A stretch of 63,850 bases of DNA, filler included, from Octopus bimaculoides (GCF_001194135.2; 6 parts of 6 records of this genome joined end to end with filler, not necessarily neighbours in it), one strand, 5' to 3'; counted from the whole stretch's first letter, positions 47,715-61,624 are shown. Numbers and translations are program-made. Notes: generated by a model from the sequence alone, not told the origin.

Positions 47715-48312
47715 CACAAAAAATTTCATACAAATATACAGTAAGAGATAAAAACAAAAATGAAATAGAAATGAAAATAAAAATAAAAATAAAAATAAGG
47801 GTACAGCAAGAATAAAATAAAAAATAAATAAATGAAAAATGAAAATATAACATAAAAATATAAAAATATAAAAATATAAGGCACATGAAAAGTCTACAAA
47901 CAGTACATGAGGTCATACAAATAGTTATAGACACTCCAATATATAAGTCCGTGTGCATAACCATACTTAGATGTTCCATGATTCAAGATCATAGATATAT
48001 GTGAGTACACACGTGTGTACATATCCATCTATTCCCTCACACATACGTATACATATACAAATATGTATACACAGGCATTCTCCTACGTACATGGTCCCTG
48101 GTACCAACGCCATCTACCGTGTTTCGAAGGCTGTTTATGTTTTTTTTTAAAGTTTTGCTGAGTGTGTGCGTGTCAGTNNNNNNNNNNATTTTGGATGGGT
48201 TTATGTGGAAGTTCATTTCAGAGGAGTTATTAATATTCTAGTAGCAATAACAGTGATAATGATGATGATGATGATAATAACAACAACAACAACAACAACA
48301 ACAACTGTTGTT

Positions 48313-48715
48313 GGTAAGTAGCTTGCTTACCAGCCACATGGTTCTGGGTTCTGTCCCACTGCGTGACACCTTGAGCAAGTGTCTTCTACTATAGCCTCGG
48401 GCCGACCAAAGCCTTGTGAGTGGATTTGGTAGATGGAAACTGAAAGAAGCCCGTCGTATATATGTATATATATATATATGTTTGTGTGTGTATATGTTTG
48501 TGTGCCTGTGTTCGTCCCCCCCAACATCGCTTGACAAACGATGCTGGTGTGTTTACGTCCCCGTAACTTAGCGGTTCGGCAAAAGAGACCGATAGAATAA
48601 GTACTAAGCATCCAAAGAATAAGTCCTAGGGTCGATTTGCTCGACTAAAGGCGGTGCTCCAGCATGGCCGCAGTCAAATGACTGAAACAAGTAAAAGAGT
48701 AAAAGAGTAAAGAGT
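48313..48715 (+). mobile_element. SINE family A, full length
   Basis: tRNA-like head, central (TA/TG) tract, CAGTC-AAAT-GACTG hairpin and (GAGTAAAA)n tail. Confidence 0.9.
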
Positions 48716-48722
48716 ACATATA

Positions 48723-48856
48723 TTCGAAAGGCGGAGTAGATGAAACAGGGACAACTGACGAAGGGGGTATACTCTTTATGTTGCACGTCTCGTTTCTCTG
48801 TTTGATTTTTTTCGTTGTTCGAAAAAAAGTTCGTTTTCTATGTTTTCGTTTTCTAT
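48723..48856 (+). mobile_element. Repeat family E fragment
   Basis: TTCGAAAGGCGGAGTAGATGAAACAGGGACAACTGACGAAGGGGG...ACGTCTCGTTTCTCTG matches 52930-53050. Confidence 0.8.
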
Positions 48857-49239
48857 NNNNNNNNNNNNNNNNNNNNNNNNNNNNNNNNNNNNNNNNNNNN
48901 NNNNNNNNNNNNNNNNNNNNNNNNNNNNNNNNNNNNNNNNNNNNNNNNNNNNNNNNNNNNNNNNNNNNNNNNNNNNNNNNNNNNNNNNNNNNNNNNNNNN
49001 NNNNNNNNNNNNNNNNNNNNNNNNNNNNNNNNNNNNNNNNNNNNNNNNNNNNNNNNNNNNNNNNNNNNNNNNNNNNNNNNNNNNNNNNNNNNNNNNNNNN
49101 NNNNNTAATACCCTTTATATATAATTAAATATATCTATGAAGAAACGATGAATTTTTTCATTACGAAATTTTTCGTTATTTTTTTCATTATGAGGTTTTT
49201 TTCACGCTGACTACTTGATAAATTTATCCTATATTATAT

Positions 49240-49271
<32 letters not shown>

Positions 49272-49938
49272 CACTTTAGTGAATATTATGTCATTTTTGT
49301 CAGACTTTGCATATGTGAGTCTATTATCGTCCTGTAACTTTATCCCCCTATCATCCTGTTCTTTCTCTTTCAGAGGTTGTTTCCCTCTTTCCCGTTTTTT
49401 TAAGTATACACACACTTTTCTTACTCTTTACTCCTTCCATACATTCTGTATCCCTTACTCATTACTTCTTTTACTTCTCACCTGTTTACCGTTTTCCTTT
49501 TTTGGATAAATTCATCTTTTTCACTTCTCTCTGTCTCTCTCTCTGTCTCTCTCTGTCTCTCTCTCTCTCCCTTTCTCTCTTTATCTCATATTATTACCTC
49601 CTTTCTTCCGCGCCTTCTGCTTCATAACCCCCATCACCGATATGCCTTGACCTTGAGAAGAAGCAGATTAGAGATTCTAAATCTTCAACAAACAAATAAA
49701 ACAAGCAAAATCAAACATAAAATTGTAATAAATAACAAAACAAAAATCATGATATCAAATACTTGGATTTGATATGGGAAATATATAATTGCTGATATAC
49801 CGTTTACATTGGAAGGTCTTATTGACATAACGATATCGCTATGTGGTATCAACCAAAGAATGGAACAACGTTAAACATAACTGTATAGATATATATATAT
49901 ATACACACATACACCCACTCATGTATCTATACGCACGC

Positions 49939-49986
<48 letters not shown>

Positions 49987-50066
49987 CTGCGTTTCCCCGT
50001 TCGCGTGTGTGACTATATGTATACAAACACACACACGCATATATGTATAATGCATACTTATATGTG

Positions 50067-50110
<44 letters not shown>

Positions 50111-50111
50111 A

Positions 50112-50152
<41 letters not shown>

Positions 50153-50315
50153 TTCACACACACACACACACATATATATTTATGTATGTACAAAGCATAC
50201 TTATATATGGGTGTGTGTGCATACAAACATATACAAGTACGCATTTGTGAATATATATATGTATGTTTATGTATGTATATATGCATATATGTATACATGT
50301 ATGTATGCATGAATG

Positions 50316-50380
<65 letters not shown>

Positions 50381-50914
50381 TAGCATTGGTGGTTATGATA
50401 TGTGCGTATACAATCTACTACACGCAAACGTTCACCCACTCTCCGATATTTTCTTACTCGCACATGCAACCATGTGTGCATGCACAAATTCACATTAGTG
50501 CACATGTATTGTACAAAAATGTATCGCAACGTTATACGAATTGCTGCACCATTGCATAAAAGCAAATAAACAGAAAATCAAGTCTGTGATAAGATTTCAA
50601 ACCCCAGCTATCTAGAATTTTTCCTTGAAACAGTCATTTCTACCGAACAGCAATAACATTTTCATGATGCTAAAACTGCTACACAACCCATGTATATATT
50701 GTAATGTGGAGCCAACGTTCTGATACATAAAGGCAATATATATTAATTGGCTTAATTAATTCATTCAGGAATAAGAACAATGACGTCTTAAATAACTAAT
50801 TCTTGAATAAAAAGGTAGGGGAAATAACTCCGAAATTTTAATAATTTTTATTTTTTGATTTGCTACAAGAAGTATGCTAGCGCTCTTTTTACTATTCACC
50901 TTTTATGCAACAGG

Positions 50915-51110
50915 TGTCTTCGTATCATACTGTCGTTCAATGCTCGAAATGAGGAGTAGATACGAGCCGACAACTGATGAAGGATCGTTCTTTCTGTTAC
51001 TTGTCCTGTTTTCCATTTGTTTCTCTCGTTGTTTGCGTATTGAACTCATTTGTTTTCATATTTCACGTTGTTTACTGTTGGCGACGTCCTGTACCCATAT
51101 ATGCATGTGT
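50915..51110 (+). mobile_element. Divergent relative of repeat family E
   Basis: CGAAATGAGGAGTAGAT...GACAACTGATGAAGG and terminal GTCCTGTACCCATATATGCATG are shared with family E. Confidence 0.6.
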
Positions 51111-52150
51111 ATATATATATATATATATATATNNNNNNNNNNCTCGATGTCTTATAATAATAACTGCACACATCGGACAATATAACCTTCACATATGATG
51201 AGATGGTCTCTTCTGGAACGCCTTTAATCGTGCGCACGTGTGTGCGTGTGTGTATAATTATATATATAATACACACACACATACCTATACATACACACAT
51301 ACGCATAAATATATTTGTGGATTTACCACGCCAAAAATAATTTCATGCGATGCATCACACTTATCAAGCTTTCCACTTTAAAATGTCGGTAATCAGTTGC
51401 CATTTTGGATATGACTGCGTAAGGTTGCACTTAACTACAAGACTTGAAACGATATTTGAAGGTATGGAGTGAGATACAAGATACACACCTCTCCTTATCT
51501 GAGTATCTTGCATCTGAGTATCATTCCATACCACTAAACAACGTTTTAAGTCTCGTAAACGTACTTTCCCAGTCCAAACTTTTAAAAGTTACAGTATTTT
51601 AAAAGTCATATACATATATATAAATATATATATATGCACACACACACTGAGGGAGTGTGGGAGGGGCGGGAAGAGGGGAAGTTTAAAGTAACAACTTACA
51701 CTCTGGTGGACTTGATTGTTAAGAACGACGTACTTTGGCTACGAATTACAAAGAACCAGTGATAGAATTTTATCAATTCTTCTGTCCATGCATTTCCGTA
51801 GTAAAGTGTTCATTATAACCACTGTCGCTGGTTCCAGTACTATTTCCACTGCTAAAACTTATAGCTTTATTTACCGTCTCATAACTAGGATATATAACTA
51901 ACTCTATTTGATGTACAATTTATGATTTTACTTAAATAGCAGAGATATCCCACAGTGAGGTGACAACATGAAGCTGAAAACACAGAAATAACATTTTGAA
52001 ACTTTTGATGAAGCTTTTAAACGTTTATATAACCTAGACAGTTGCTGCTAAGAAAATCAAGATAAACGTAAGAAAGCTAGGATAGATGAACTATGAGTGT
52101 ATATGTAGCGTTTACATAGCCCTAGACGATCCCGATTTGCTTTCAATATT

Positions 52151-52186
<36 letters not shown>

Positions 52187-52367
52187 NNNNNNNNNNNNNN
52201 NNNNNNNNNNNNNNNNNNNNNNNNNNNNNNNNNNNNNNNNNNNNNNNNNNNNNNNNNNNNNNNNNNNNNNNNNNNNNNNNNNNNNNNNNNNNNNNNNNNN
52301 NNNNNNNNNNNNNNNATATATACTTGGAAAAGGATGCGTGGCGTTCGATCATATAATAATATCAATA

Positions 52368-53190
52368 ATATATAAATATATGCATATATACATACATATA
52401 TGTACATACCTACATATATATGTATATATACATGCATATATGGGTACAGGACATCAAAAAACGTAGATACAATGAGAAAACGAAAACATAAAAACAAAAA
52501 TATAGAAAACTAACTTTTTTTCAAACAACGAAAAAAACAAACAGAGAAACGAGACGTGCAACATAAAGAGTATACCCCTTTGTTGGTTGTCCCTGCTTCA
52601 TCTACTCCGCGTTTCGAAGGCAAGGACAAGACGTGACTTCGTTGAAACAATTCTTCCCGCAAGGCAAATTTTAAAAAATTGAGATTTTTTGCAGAGTGTG
52701 AAGGTGGTAACAAAAACAGGACGGTGAGAACAAGACGTTTTTGATGTCTTGCACCTATATATGCATGTATATATATATATGTAGGGATGTACATACATGT
52801 ATGTATATATGCATATGTCTTGTTCTCATTGTCCTGTTTTTGTTACCACTTTCACCCTCCGCAAAAAATCCCAAATTTTTAAAATTTGCCTTGCGGGAAG
52901 AACTTCAACGAAGTTACGTCTTGTCCTTACTTTCGAAACGTGGAGTAGATGAAGTAGGGACAACTGATGAAGGGGAATGTTCTTTATGTTGCATGTCACG
53001 TTTCTCTGTTTGTTTGTGTTTTTTTTCGTTGTTCGGAAAAAAGTTCGTTTTCTACGTTTTTGTTTTTGTTTTCGTTTTCGTTTTCTCATTGTGTCTACGT
53101 TTTTTGATGTCCTGTACCCATATATGCATGTATATATACATATATATGTAGGTATGTACATATATGTATGTATATATGCATATATTTATA
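52368..53190. repeat. Inverted pair of family E copies around a central terminal segment
   Basis: 52368-52735 is approximately the reverse complement of 52816-53190. Confidence 0.85.
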
Positions 53191-53199
53191 TACTATTTA

Positions 53200-53312
<113 letters not shown>

Positions 53313-53571
53313 ACAATAACAATGAATACGAAGAATGGCGCATCGGTACATTCTTAAAAATATTTTATTTTTATAGTTACTTATACCGCATAATTGGTCT
53401 AGATACGACCTGAAAATATTCATAATCCAGTGAAGTGAACCTAGGATTTATTCATCGGATGAATTACAGGTGCTACTTATCTCTCGGTTAGCCTGAACTC
53501 GGACGATACTTGACTACTCATACAGTACCCGCCTGGATAATTTACCCCTATATATGTATGTATATATGTAT

Positions 53572-53613
<42 letters not shown>

Positions 53614-53757
53614 ATATATATATATATGTCAATTTGCTTCGAGGATATGTTAACCTCATAAAGGGATGGTTACATCCAAAGAAATATTGGTTCTGCACCC
53701 AGAATTTTTGAGAAATGAAATTTCCTTAAACCAATAGGTATATACTAAGCATATAAT

Positions 53758-54051
53758 TCATGTTCAGTTAATTGAAGGAAAGAAACTGGAAAGTTGAAAG
53801 TTAATAAATATTTTTCATTAAAATATTGATAATCTTTACTTCTTACAGTTTTCATTAGTACCCTATAAGTAAATGATTAAACTATCATTTCATGCCAGCA
53901 GAATCTGCTGGCATGGACTGATAGGTCGGCATGTAAGATCTTAAGGCGTATCTTTTTCTCTGATGAAATTATGCTCATAGCAATTTTTTAATAATAAATA
54001 ATTATTAACTTTCAACTGTCCATTTTATTTCCTTCAATTAACTGAACATGA
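53758..54051. mobile_element. MITE with about 60-bp TIRs and a central 25-bp palindrome
   Basis: TCATGTTCAGTTAATTGAAGGAAA... at both ends in inverted orientation. Centre CATGCCAGCAGA-A-TCTGCTGGCATG (53891-53915). Confidence 0.75.
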
Positions 54052-56389
54052 TANNNNNNNNNNNNNNNNNNNNNNNNNNNNNNNNNNNNNNNNNNNNNNN
54101 NNNNNNNNNNNNNNNNNNNNNNNNNNNNNNNNNNNNNNNNNNNNNNNNNNNNNNNNNNNNNNNNNNNNNNNNNNNNNNNNNNNNNNNNNNNNNNNNNNNN
54201 NNNNNNNNNNNNNNNNNNNNNNNNNNNNNNNNNNNNNNNNNNNNNNNNNNNNNNNNNNNNNNNNNNNNNNNNNNNNNNNNNNNNNNNNNNNNNNNNNNNN
54301 NNNNNNNNNNNNATGTGTGTGTGTGTGTTTGTATGTGTGTGTGTACACATAAAAACACACTCCACACTTAGATGGGTGGTGTATTGAGAAAATCGGTAGT
54401 GCATCGAACAAAGTGCTTTATGGTATTTAGAAACGTTCTTTTAGTTTCTGAGTTCAAATCCAGCTGATTCCAATTTTCCCTTCCCTCATTACGGAGTCGA
54501 TGAATTAAAGTGCCAGTCAAGTTCTGGGTATATTTATAATTTTTTAAGGTATATTTGATGTCAGAAAATGTAATGCAAGTTTTTTAGCAAAAGATTTTTT
54601 GATCGTATCTTCGATCGATATCATAAAAATATTTATTGATCGTATACTTTTGGATCATATGTATTTCTAGATAAACATCTATTTCTTAACATTAATATTT
54701 GGGCTGTATTATCTTTGCATCATTTCTGCTTTCGTTATCTGAAGTTTATCGCTAGTAAAAATCTGCTATCGGTAACGATATTCAAATGTTATGCGTTGAC
54801 TACGTGTATAGTGGTATCTGAGGTCAAACACCTTAAGCTTCAAACAATTCTATGCAGATCACACGATCCTTTATTCCTCTGTATTCAATGATTTTGTTTC
54901 TTGTCAGATATCCACTTATTCCATCAACAAGGACCTCTACTGTGGATTTTCAATGGAAAACTGACTATCAAACAACACTTAACAAGATCAAACCATATTG
55001 ATTGCTCTCTACTTCGAAGAAAATTTTCTAAATTAAAATAAATTGCGTCTTATAACAGCTAGGAACATCAAGGACGATACGATTTTCTCTTTAGAACTTA
55101 AAAAAATATTTCGATATATTATTACTGTCTTAATTATTGTGTTCGTTTACTAGTTTCAGTTATTGGATTCTGGCCATACTGGGGCACCGTATTTAAGCGT
55201 TTTAGTCTATTATATATCTACCACTGGTTAGCTACTGGTTTATATATCGAATGGTTAAGTTACTTTTCAGTGTAAAGGATCGCCACTTAACTCACTAGTA
55301 TCTACATACATTTATATACACACATATGCATACACATACACTGGAATTCCGCACTATCTCCGTCAAACAAATTCCGCCAAAATGGTATTGATCAATACTT
55401 AGCTAAAGTAGAAGATACTCAATGTACCTACACAGTGGAATAGAACTTCTAACCCTATGGTTGCAAAACAAATTTCTTAAACACAGATCTTTTTAGCATT
55501 TTAATCCTTGCTGACATTTTCAGGCAAGTGAGGTCGATGTGACTGACTTTCAACTGTTGGGAAAACATGGGCAACGGAGAATGCAAGAGTGTTAAAGCTT
55601 TGCATACTAGGCATTGTATTCGTGTTAATAATTGAGACTGTGATAATTGAGATATAGAAATGAAGGATAGAGAAGGAGATGCTGGCAAATCAAAAGTTGA
55701 TCCGTAATTTGCTTATTCAGATGAGCAGAGACAGTTGAGGTATCGACAGATAAGAAGAAAAAATATGGAATACGACATGTGCTAGTGATGTAGTGTCTTT
55801 GAGTATGAAGGATTACCCATAAGTCGGATAGATTTGTTTTGTTTTGGATCCGGTGTAATATGTATGTATAACACTTACTCTGTTCAAAATATGAGTCATA
55901 TACTAGAATTGATGCACACATTATCCATTTTATAAGGTTAGCGAATGCTCAATGATGAAGTAGTTTCGGGCCTTGAAAAGAACTAGCTTCTGAAATGCAG
56001 TCTTTGCAATGTTATATATGTATAGCCTACATCAGCTATTATAAGATTTTGTGAAACCTAGTAAGTGGAAGTTGAGCAGTTCTGCTTCAATTCGGTTACG
56101 TCCGGGTGATTTGCTGATGTCAAGAACAATAAAATTATTTTCGTTATCTAGAATGAAATAAACTTTGGCATTTTACCGTAATTTGGGTAAATTCCAGTGG
56201 AATGAGAGGAAGACTAAAGAATTTAAAGAGGATAGGAACTAACTCCGGAGTACACTATTTGAGACTAATCTTCAATTAGTGTGGCATTATTGGGCTAAAG
56301 TGACCCGTAAAATTTCCTGATATAGTGATTTTTGGCCCGAGATAGTAAGGCGCATTGGTTTAATAACATAGGCTTCAAATCTTGGCACA

Positions 56390-56790
56390 AAGCAAGCAAT
56401 TTCGGGGGGAGGGTGTAAGTCGATTACACCAACCCCAGTACTCAGCTAATACTTATTTTACTGAGTCCAAAAGGATGAAAAAATGAAAGGATGAAAGGCA
56501 ATACCGCTGAGCATTTTGCTCAGTGTGCTAACGATTGTGCCAGCTCGCTACCTTAATATTTTATACTACCACAAATTAAGGCAGTGAGCTGGCAGACGTG
56601 ATAAGCGTGCCGGACAAGATGCTTAGCGGCATTTCGTCCGTCTTTACCTTCAGAGTTCAAATTCTGCCGAGGTCGATATTGTCTTTCATCCTTTAGGGGT
56701 CGATAAAATAAGTACCATTTAAGCACTGGGTCAATGTGCTCAATTTAATCTCTTCCTCAAAATTCTGGACTTGGTCAACATTTGAAACCA
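56390..56790. mobile_element. Two divergently oriented SINE B-variant copies
   Basis: A minus copy ends at about 56553 (GCCAGCTCGCTACCTTA). A plus copy starts at about 56577 (TAAGGCAGTGAGCTGGCAG). Confidence 0.75.
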
Positions 56791-57700
56791 ATATTACCGT
56801 AAGTTAATGTTCCTTTGAAGATCAGCGATCTGTTTTTTTTAAAATATTTTCTCAACCCACGATAACATTTAAAAAAAAAAATTGGCTTTTGCTTACTGCA
56901 TTAGTAACTTCAAGATCTCAAGATGCTGCCCAACACCCGTAGAGAAGAATATAAAGATATAACTGACGTTATTCGCCAAAAAACGGTGATTTGCTACTTT
57001 GTATTATAAATAATCACCCTGATGTCCTTGGTCATTGTTAACATCATCTGTGTATCAAAACTAATCAAACTTTCCAAAATGGATGCTCTCGATAGCTGGA
57101 AAAGTAGTGAGTTCCCTCCCCGTTTTCACTATATATCGAATACGGAGCGGACTGAATAATCAGCTGGAGGTGGTGTCCTCCAGGGGTTAAATAGTAGTAT
57201 TGTTTGTTCTTAGTGAACGCCTATGTTTAGATGGTGATAAACATTACTTCTCAGTATAGATACTGCTTTAGTCTCTTATAGAGATTTTCTTAACGAGCTA
57301 GCTTGCTTGTTAATCAAATATTGTTTGTTAAATAGTGAGTATTTGAAAAAAAAAATCTTTTCTCGAAGCATTTCATTAAGAATACATTTCAATTGTTTGT
57401 ATTCTGCACCTTCCTAGTTTACAATGCATTTATCGTTGCTGCTGTTATGGTTACCGGCAGTTAAATGTAAAAGATCAAGCATAGTAGCATAATAGCACAT
57501 TATTGTTTGTCGCACTTAAGGTCAACATGTGTATTTTCAAAATATGTCCATGTACTGTTATTTGTACACAGCTCTCACTTTGTGAAAACAAATGCTGTTC
57601 TTTGACGTATTATCTTTCGTGAAATAATTCGGCTTTGTGTGAAGTTCATCCTGATATGTTTTCATTCTATTCATATAACTAGTGTACTGATCTCTTTCAG

Positions 57701-58094
57701 ACTCCCACCCATATTATAGCGATTATGCAAGTTATTATTCAGTTCGTAACTCCAAGAAAAATCCTCTTTACAGCTCTGGTTCTTCTATGACTAAAACTAA
57801 TAAAATTCTGTTTATCTTTTCCGATATTGTTTACTTTCGGTTATTCCCCACAAGTGAAACTGTCGTGTCAAACTACATTGTAACGATTCTCCGTATGGTG
57901 AATTCAGGTTTGAATATCAGTATGATTTTGAACAAAAAGATTTTTTTCATTGAATGTGTTCAGAACAATATACAGCAATTTAACAAGGCGGATATGTGTG
58001 GTATTAATGTTGGAGATAGTATTCAACGAAAATTCGATGAAAAGTTTCTCACGCCAAGCATGTGCCTGGTCAACAGTCGAGTCGTGTGTACAAT
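57701..58094 (+). other. Candidate exon of an unknown gene (unverified)
   Basis: Acceptor CTGATCTCTTTCAG, one frame open across about 130 codons of non-repetitive DNA, donor-like GTATGT. No recognisable homology. Confidence 0.25.
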
Positions 58095-59459
58095 GTATGT
58101 ATGTATGTATACATGTATGTATGTATGTATGTATATGTATTTGTATGAATGTATATATGCATGTATGCGTATACGTATAAAAGTGTCTGCACAAGTATAC
58201 ATGACTCTGTATACTTGCAACCACGTCATTTAGCGTGTTGTGTGTTTTTACTTATGTGTGTGCTTGTGTATTTGTGTGTATGTACATATTAGAGGCTAAG
58301 TTTCTAGACTATTTTGCCACAATAATCATAGGTTATAGATCTAAAGTTATAGTCCTGGTGTAATATCTGCAGACTTCTCATTTGCCCTTTTATTTTAATT
58401 TTATCTGTAACATTATATTAACAGCTGCGGAACATCACTTGATGGAGAAATCAGTTGATCAGCAGCTGTTAACATGACGTCAGTTGGGCTTACAATGTAC
58501 AGAAATTTCAAATTCTTCTTCGCAGAATTCAAGCCGATTACAAAGAAAGTGACAAGGATTCATTGTTTATGTCAGGGCAGATTCAAGGATTTGTGATTAT
58601 AGTGAGTGTATGTCTGCATATATGTGAATATGAATGCTTAAGGCTGAATATGCTCGCAAACGTATAATGGGTGTATTTATGCAATGGGTGTGTTTATGTA
58701 TGTATTTCCGCATACCACTGTGCATGCTTATATGTATATATGTATGTGTGTGTATATATGTAAACAGAAAAATAGAGACATAATGACAAACAGAGAGGAT
58801 GGAGAATATATATATATGTATGTATACACACACACACATAAAGTTTCGATTTATAACGCTGAAAGTATCAGAACGTTGATGGCCTAGTATGTAAGGCATA
58901 GAGAATTTAGTCACGAGGTGAGTGGTTCGCACCCTATCATCCGCATTAGATGGAATCGGTGGCTAAAGCACTTCACACCGAAATAGTCTTCTTCATCAAG
59001 TTGTAAATATAAGATTTAAGGAAACAAATATTTAGAGGGAAAAAAATTCACAAGGGAATGTTTTCTTCTTTTAGAAAGACTACAAATATCTTGATTATAT
59101 AATTTAGGTACGAATTTACACTCAACAAACTTAACATAATGTTATATAACAAAACTAAGAATAGCATAGATATAGATTCGTCAAACTCAATGGTATTGTA
59201 TCCTCAGCTGCATAGAATTCTTCGTAATTAATGAATATATTCACCTAGTGAGGGTTGTCAGTGCATCATAAAGGAGATAATGGTTTATATGTGTGTGTGT
59301 GTGTGTGCACAGTATGTTAAAGAAGCTCGCTTCACAACTATCACTCGTTTGGTCCCACTGTGTAGCATTTTGGGCAAATGTGAGTGAATAAACAGAATCC
59401 ACCTCACAGAGGATTATTACTGAAATTCAAAAGGTACTCTTTTGTCATTCTTTGCAGCA

Positions 59460-61304
59460 CGCTGATTCTGCTTGTGGAATGGTTAGCCACTTAGATAAGA
59501 CACATAGGCAGGGTCCCGGTTACTGGAAGCTGAACGCCAGGCTTACAGGAACCGGATTAGCCCATTAGTTAAGAGAGTATTGACGGGTGCCATCATCAAC
59601 AACAGATGGTGGTATGCCCTAAAGAAAGCAATTAAAGCAGAATCGGTTAGGTACAGTAAGGTCCTAGCATTAGACCGAAATAGAGGGAGACCTAGTTAAG
59701 AAATTAGAAGAGGCACTTAAAACTGGCATCGGGTCCAACGTACTGGCGGTGAGGTTGGCCCTCGACCAACACTTCAACGCCAAACAGGAAGGATGCGTTG
59801 TCAGAGCTAGGATGCGTACTCTGAGGAACGGAGTTGGAGCCGCCCGAGAGGCCCGAGTGGCGGAGACGCAACGAAGCAACAGAGCCACCATTAGGTCACT
59901 TACAGATGAACAAGGGTGCGAATTACTCGAGCCTGAAAAGATGAGTGAGGCCTTTCAACAACAATTTGCCCGACTGTTTGGGGTAACTGGTGGGTCAGAA
60001 CGCAGAGTGGACTTTAGTGCCTACCTGCATGGCCTGCCACCACTCTCAGCAAGAGAGGCGGAGTGTTGTAAAAGACCCATCACAGCCGTGCACGTATGGG
60101 ATGTGATGGTAGGCTGCGCGGGAGACAAGTCACGAAGCTTGGATGGTCTACCCTACGCACTTTACGAACTTTATTGTCATATGCCAGACTTGTTTGGAGG
60201 CGTCTTGGCAGCTGTCTACTGCAACTGGTAGAAAAACAGGAGTATCCCCGTCTTTGTAAAAAGCGAGGAGTGGTGGCACTGCTAAAGACAGATCCAAACA
60301 AGGGGAACGTCATAGATAATTTCAGGCCCATCACTCTGCTCAACGCAGATTTGAAAATTTTGGCCAAGGTGTTAGCCGAGAGGCTGGCGCTTGTCATCGA
60401 GAAACTAGTCGACAAGACGCAAACGTGCGCCGTGCCGAGCTGGAGTATGCGCTACATCATAGACAAGGTGGTTAAGGAACCTGGCATGGGTGGGGCACTG
60501 ATAAATTTGGATCAATCAAAAGCTTTCGATAGAGTAGACCATCACTACTTGGAGGCTGTCCTCATAGCGGCTGGTTTCGGTCCCATCTTCCGCAGCTGGA
60601 TCGCTGCCTTATACAACGGCATCCGCTTGGTAGTTCGCGTAAATGGTCATCTATCCCGACCATTTAACATCATGCGTTCGGTTCGTCAAGGATGCCACCT
60701 CTCGTCGCTTCTGTACGTATTGACTCCTGAGCCTCTACTGTGGAAGTTGGCGACGCTGAGAGGCATCCCGCGAGAACTGGGATGCGGGAGGAGCGTGTCT
60801 GCATACGCGGGCGATGTCACCGTCATAGTGTCGAGCTACAAGCATATCGACCTGGTCGGCGAGACACTAAAAGAATACGAAGCGGTAACGGGAGCAAAAC
60901 TTAACCGGCAAAAGTCAGTGGGCTTGCGGCTCGGCACCTGGAGAAGCAAGCCCATTCCATCCAACAGCGTCTCCATCGTAGGACGCTGGACTGACGGACC
61001 GGTTAAATTGCTCGGAGTCTGGTTGGGTCCGGACCTCTAAATGGAGAAGAACTGGGGCGAAATATTGACTAGGGTGGCCACACTCACCCAGCAATGGGCC
61101 GATAGGAAGCTATCCCTAAAAGTTCGAGCGGAGGTGGCCAACGCATACATCGCATCCATCATCGATTACTGTCTGACCGTCGTGCCTTGTCCCGACCCTA
61201 CCATCACCAAACTGAAACGCATATTCCGCTTCTTGTGGAAGGGAAGCGTTCCGATGGTTAGGCAACCCATTTGCTGTCAACATCCGCTAAATGGAGGGCT
61301 AGGC
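59460..61304 (+). mobile_element. L1/Tx1-like LINE ORF2 fragment (post-endonuclease region to RT)
   Basis: QGPGYWKLNA; DNFRPITLLNADLKILAKVLAERL; LDQSKAFDRVDH; VRQGCHLSSLLYVL; SAYAGDVTV (decayed YADD). Frameshifts; cut by a gap. Confidence 0.85.
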
Positions 61305-61404
61305 NNNNNNNNNNNNNNNNNNNNNNNNNNNNNNNNNNNNNNNNNNNNTTAATTAATTAANNNNNNNNNNNNNNNNNNNNNNNNNNNNNNNNNNNNNNNN
61401 NNNN

Positions 61405-61580
61405 GTCCGTCCGCCTGCCATTGCTTGACAACAGATACTGGTGTGGTTATGTCCCGTAACTTAACGGTTTGGCAAAAGATACCAATAGAATAAGTCCTGG
61501 GGTCGATTTCTTTGTCTAAAATCCTTTCAGGTTCGTGCTCCAGCATGGCCACAGTCAAAATGACTGAAACAAGTAAAAGA
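61405..61580 (+). mobile_element. SINE family A, 3' half
   Basis: CCCGTAACTTAACGGTTTGGCAAAAGA...GCTCCAGCATGGCCACAGTCAAAATGACTGAAACAAGTAAAAG. Confidence 0.85.
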
Positions 61581-61624
61581 ATGCATACACACATACATAC
61601 ATACATACATACATACATAAAGAA

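Noticed and set aside
60096-61040. 314-aa RT-containing ORF as an active reverse transcriptase
   Set aside because: The catalytic YADD reads YAGD, frameshifts and stops flank it, and the element is truncated.
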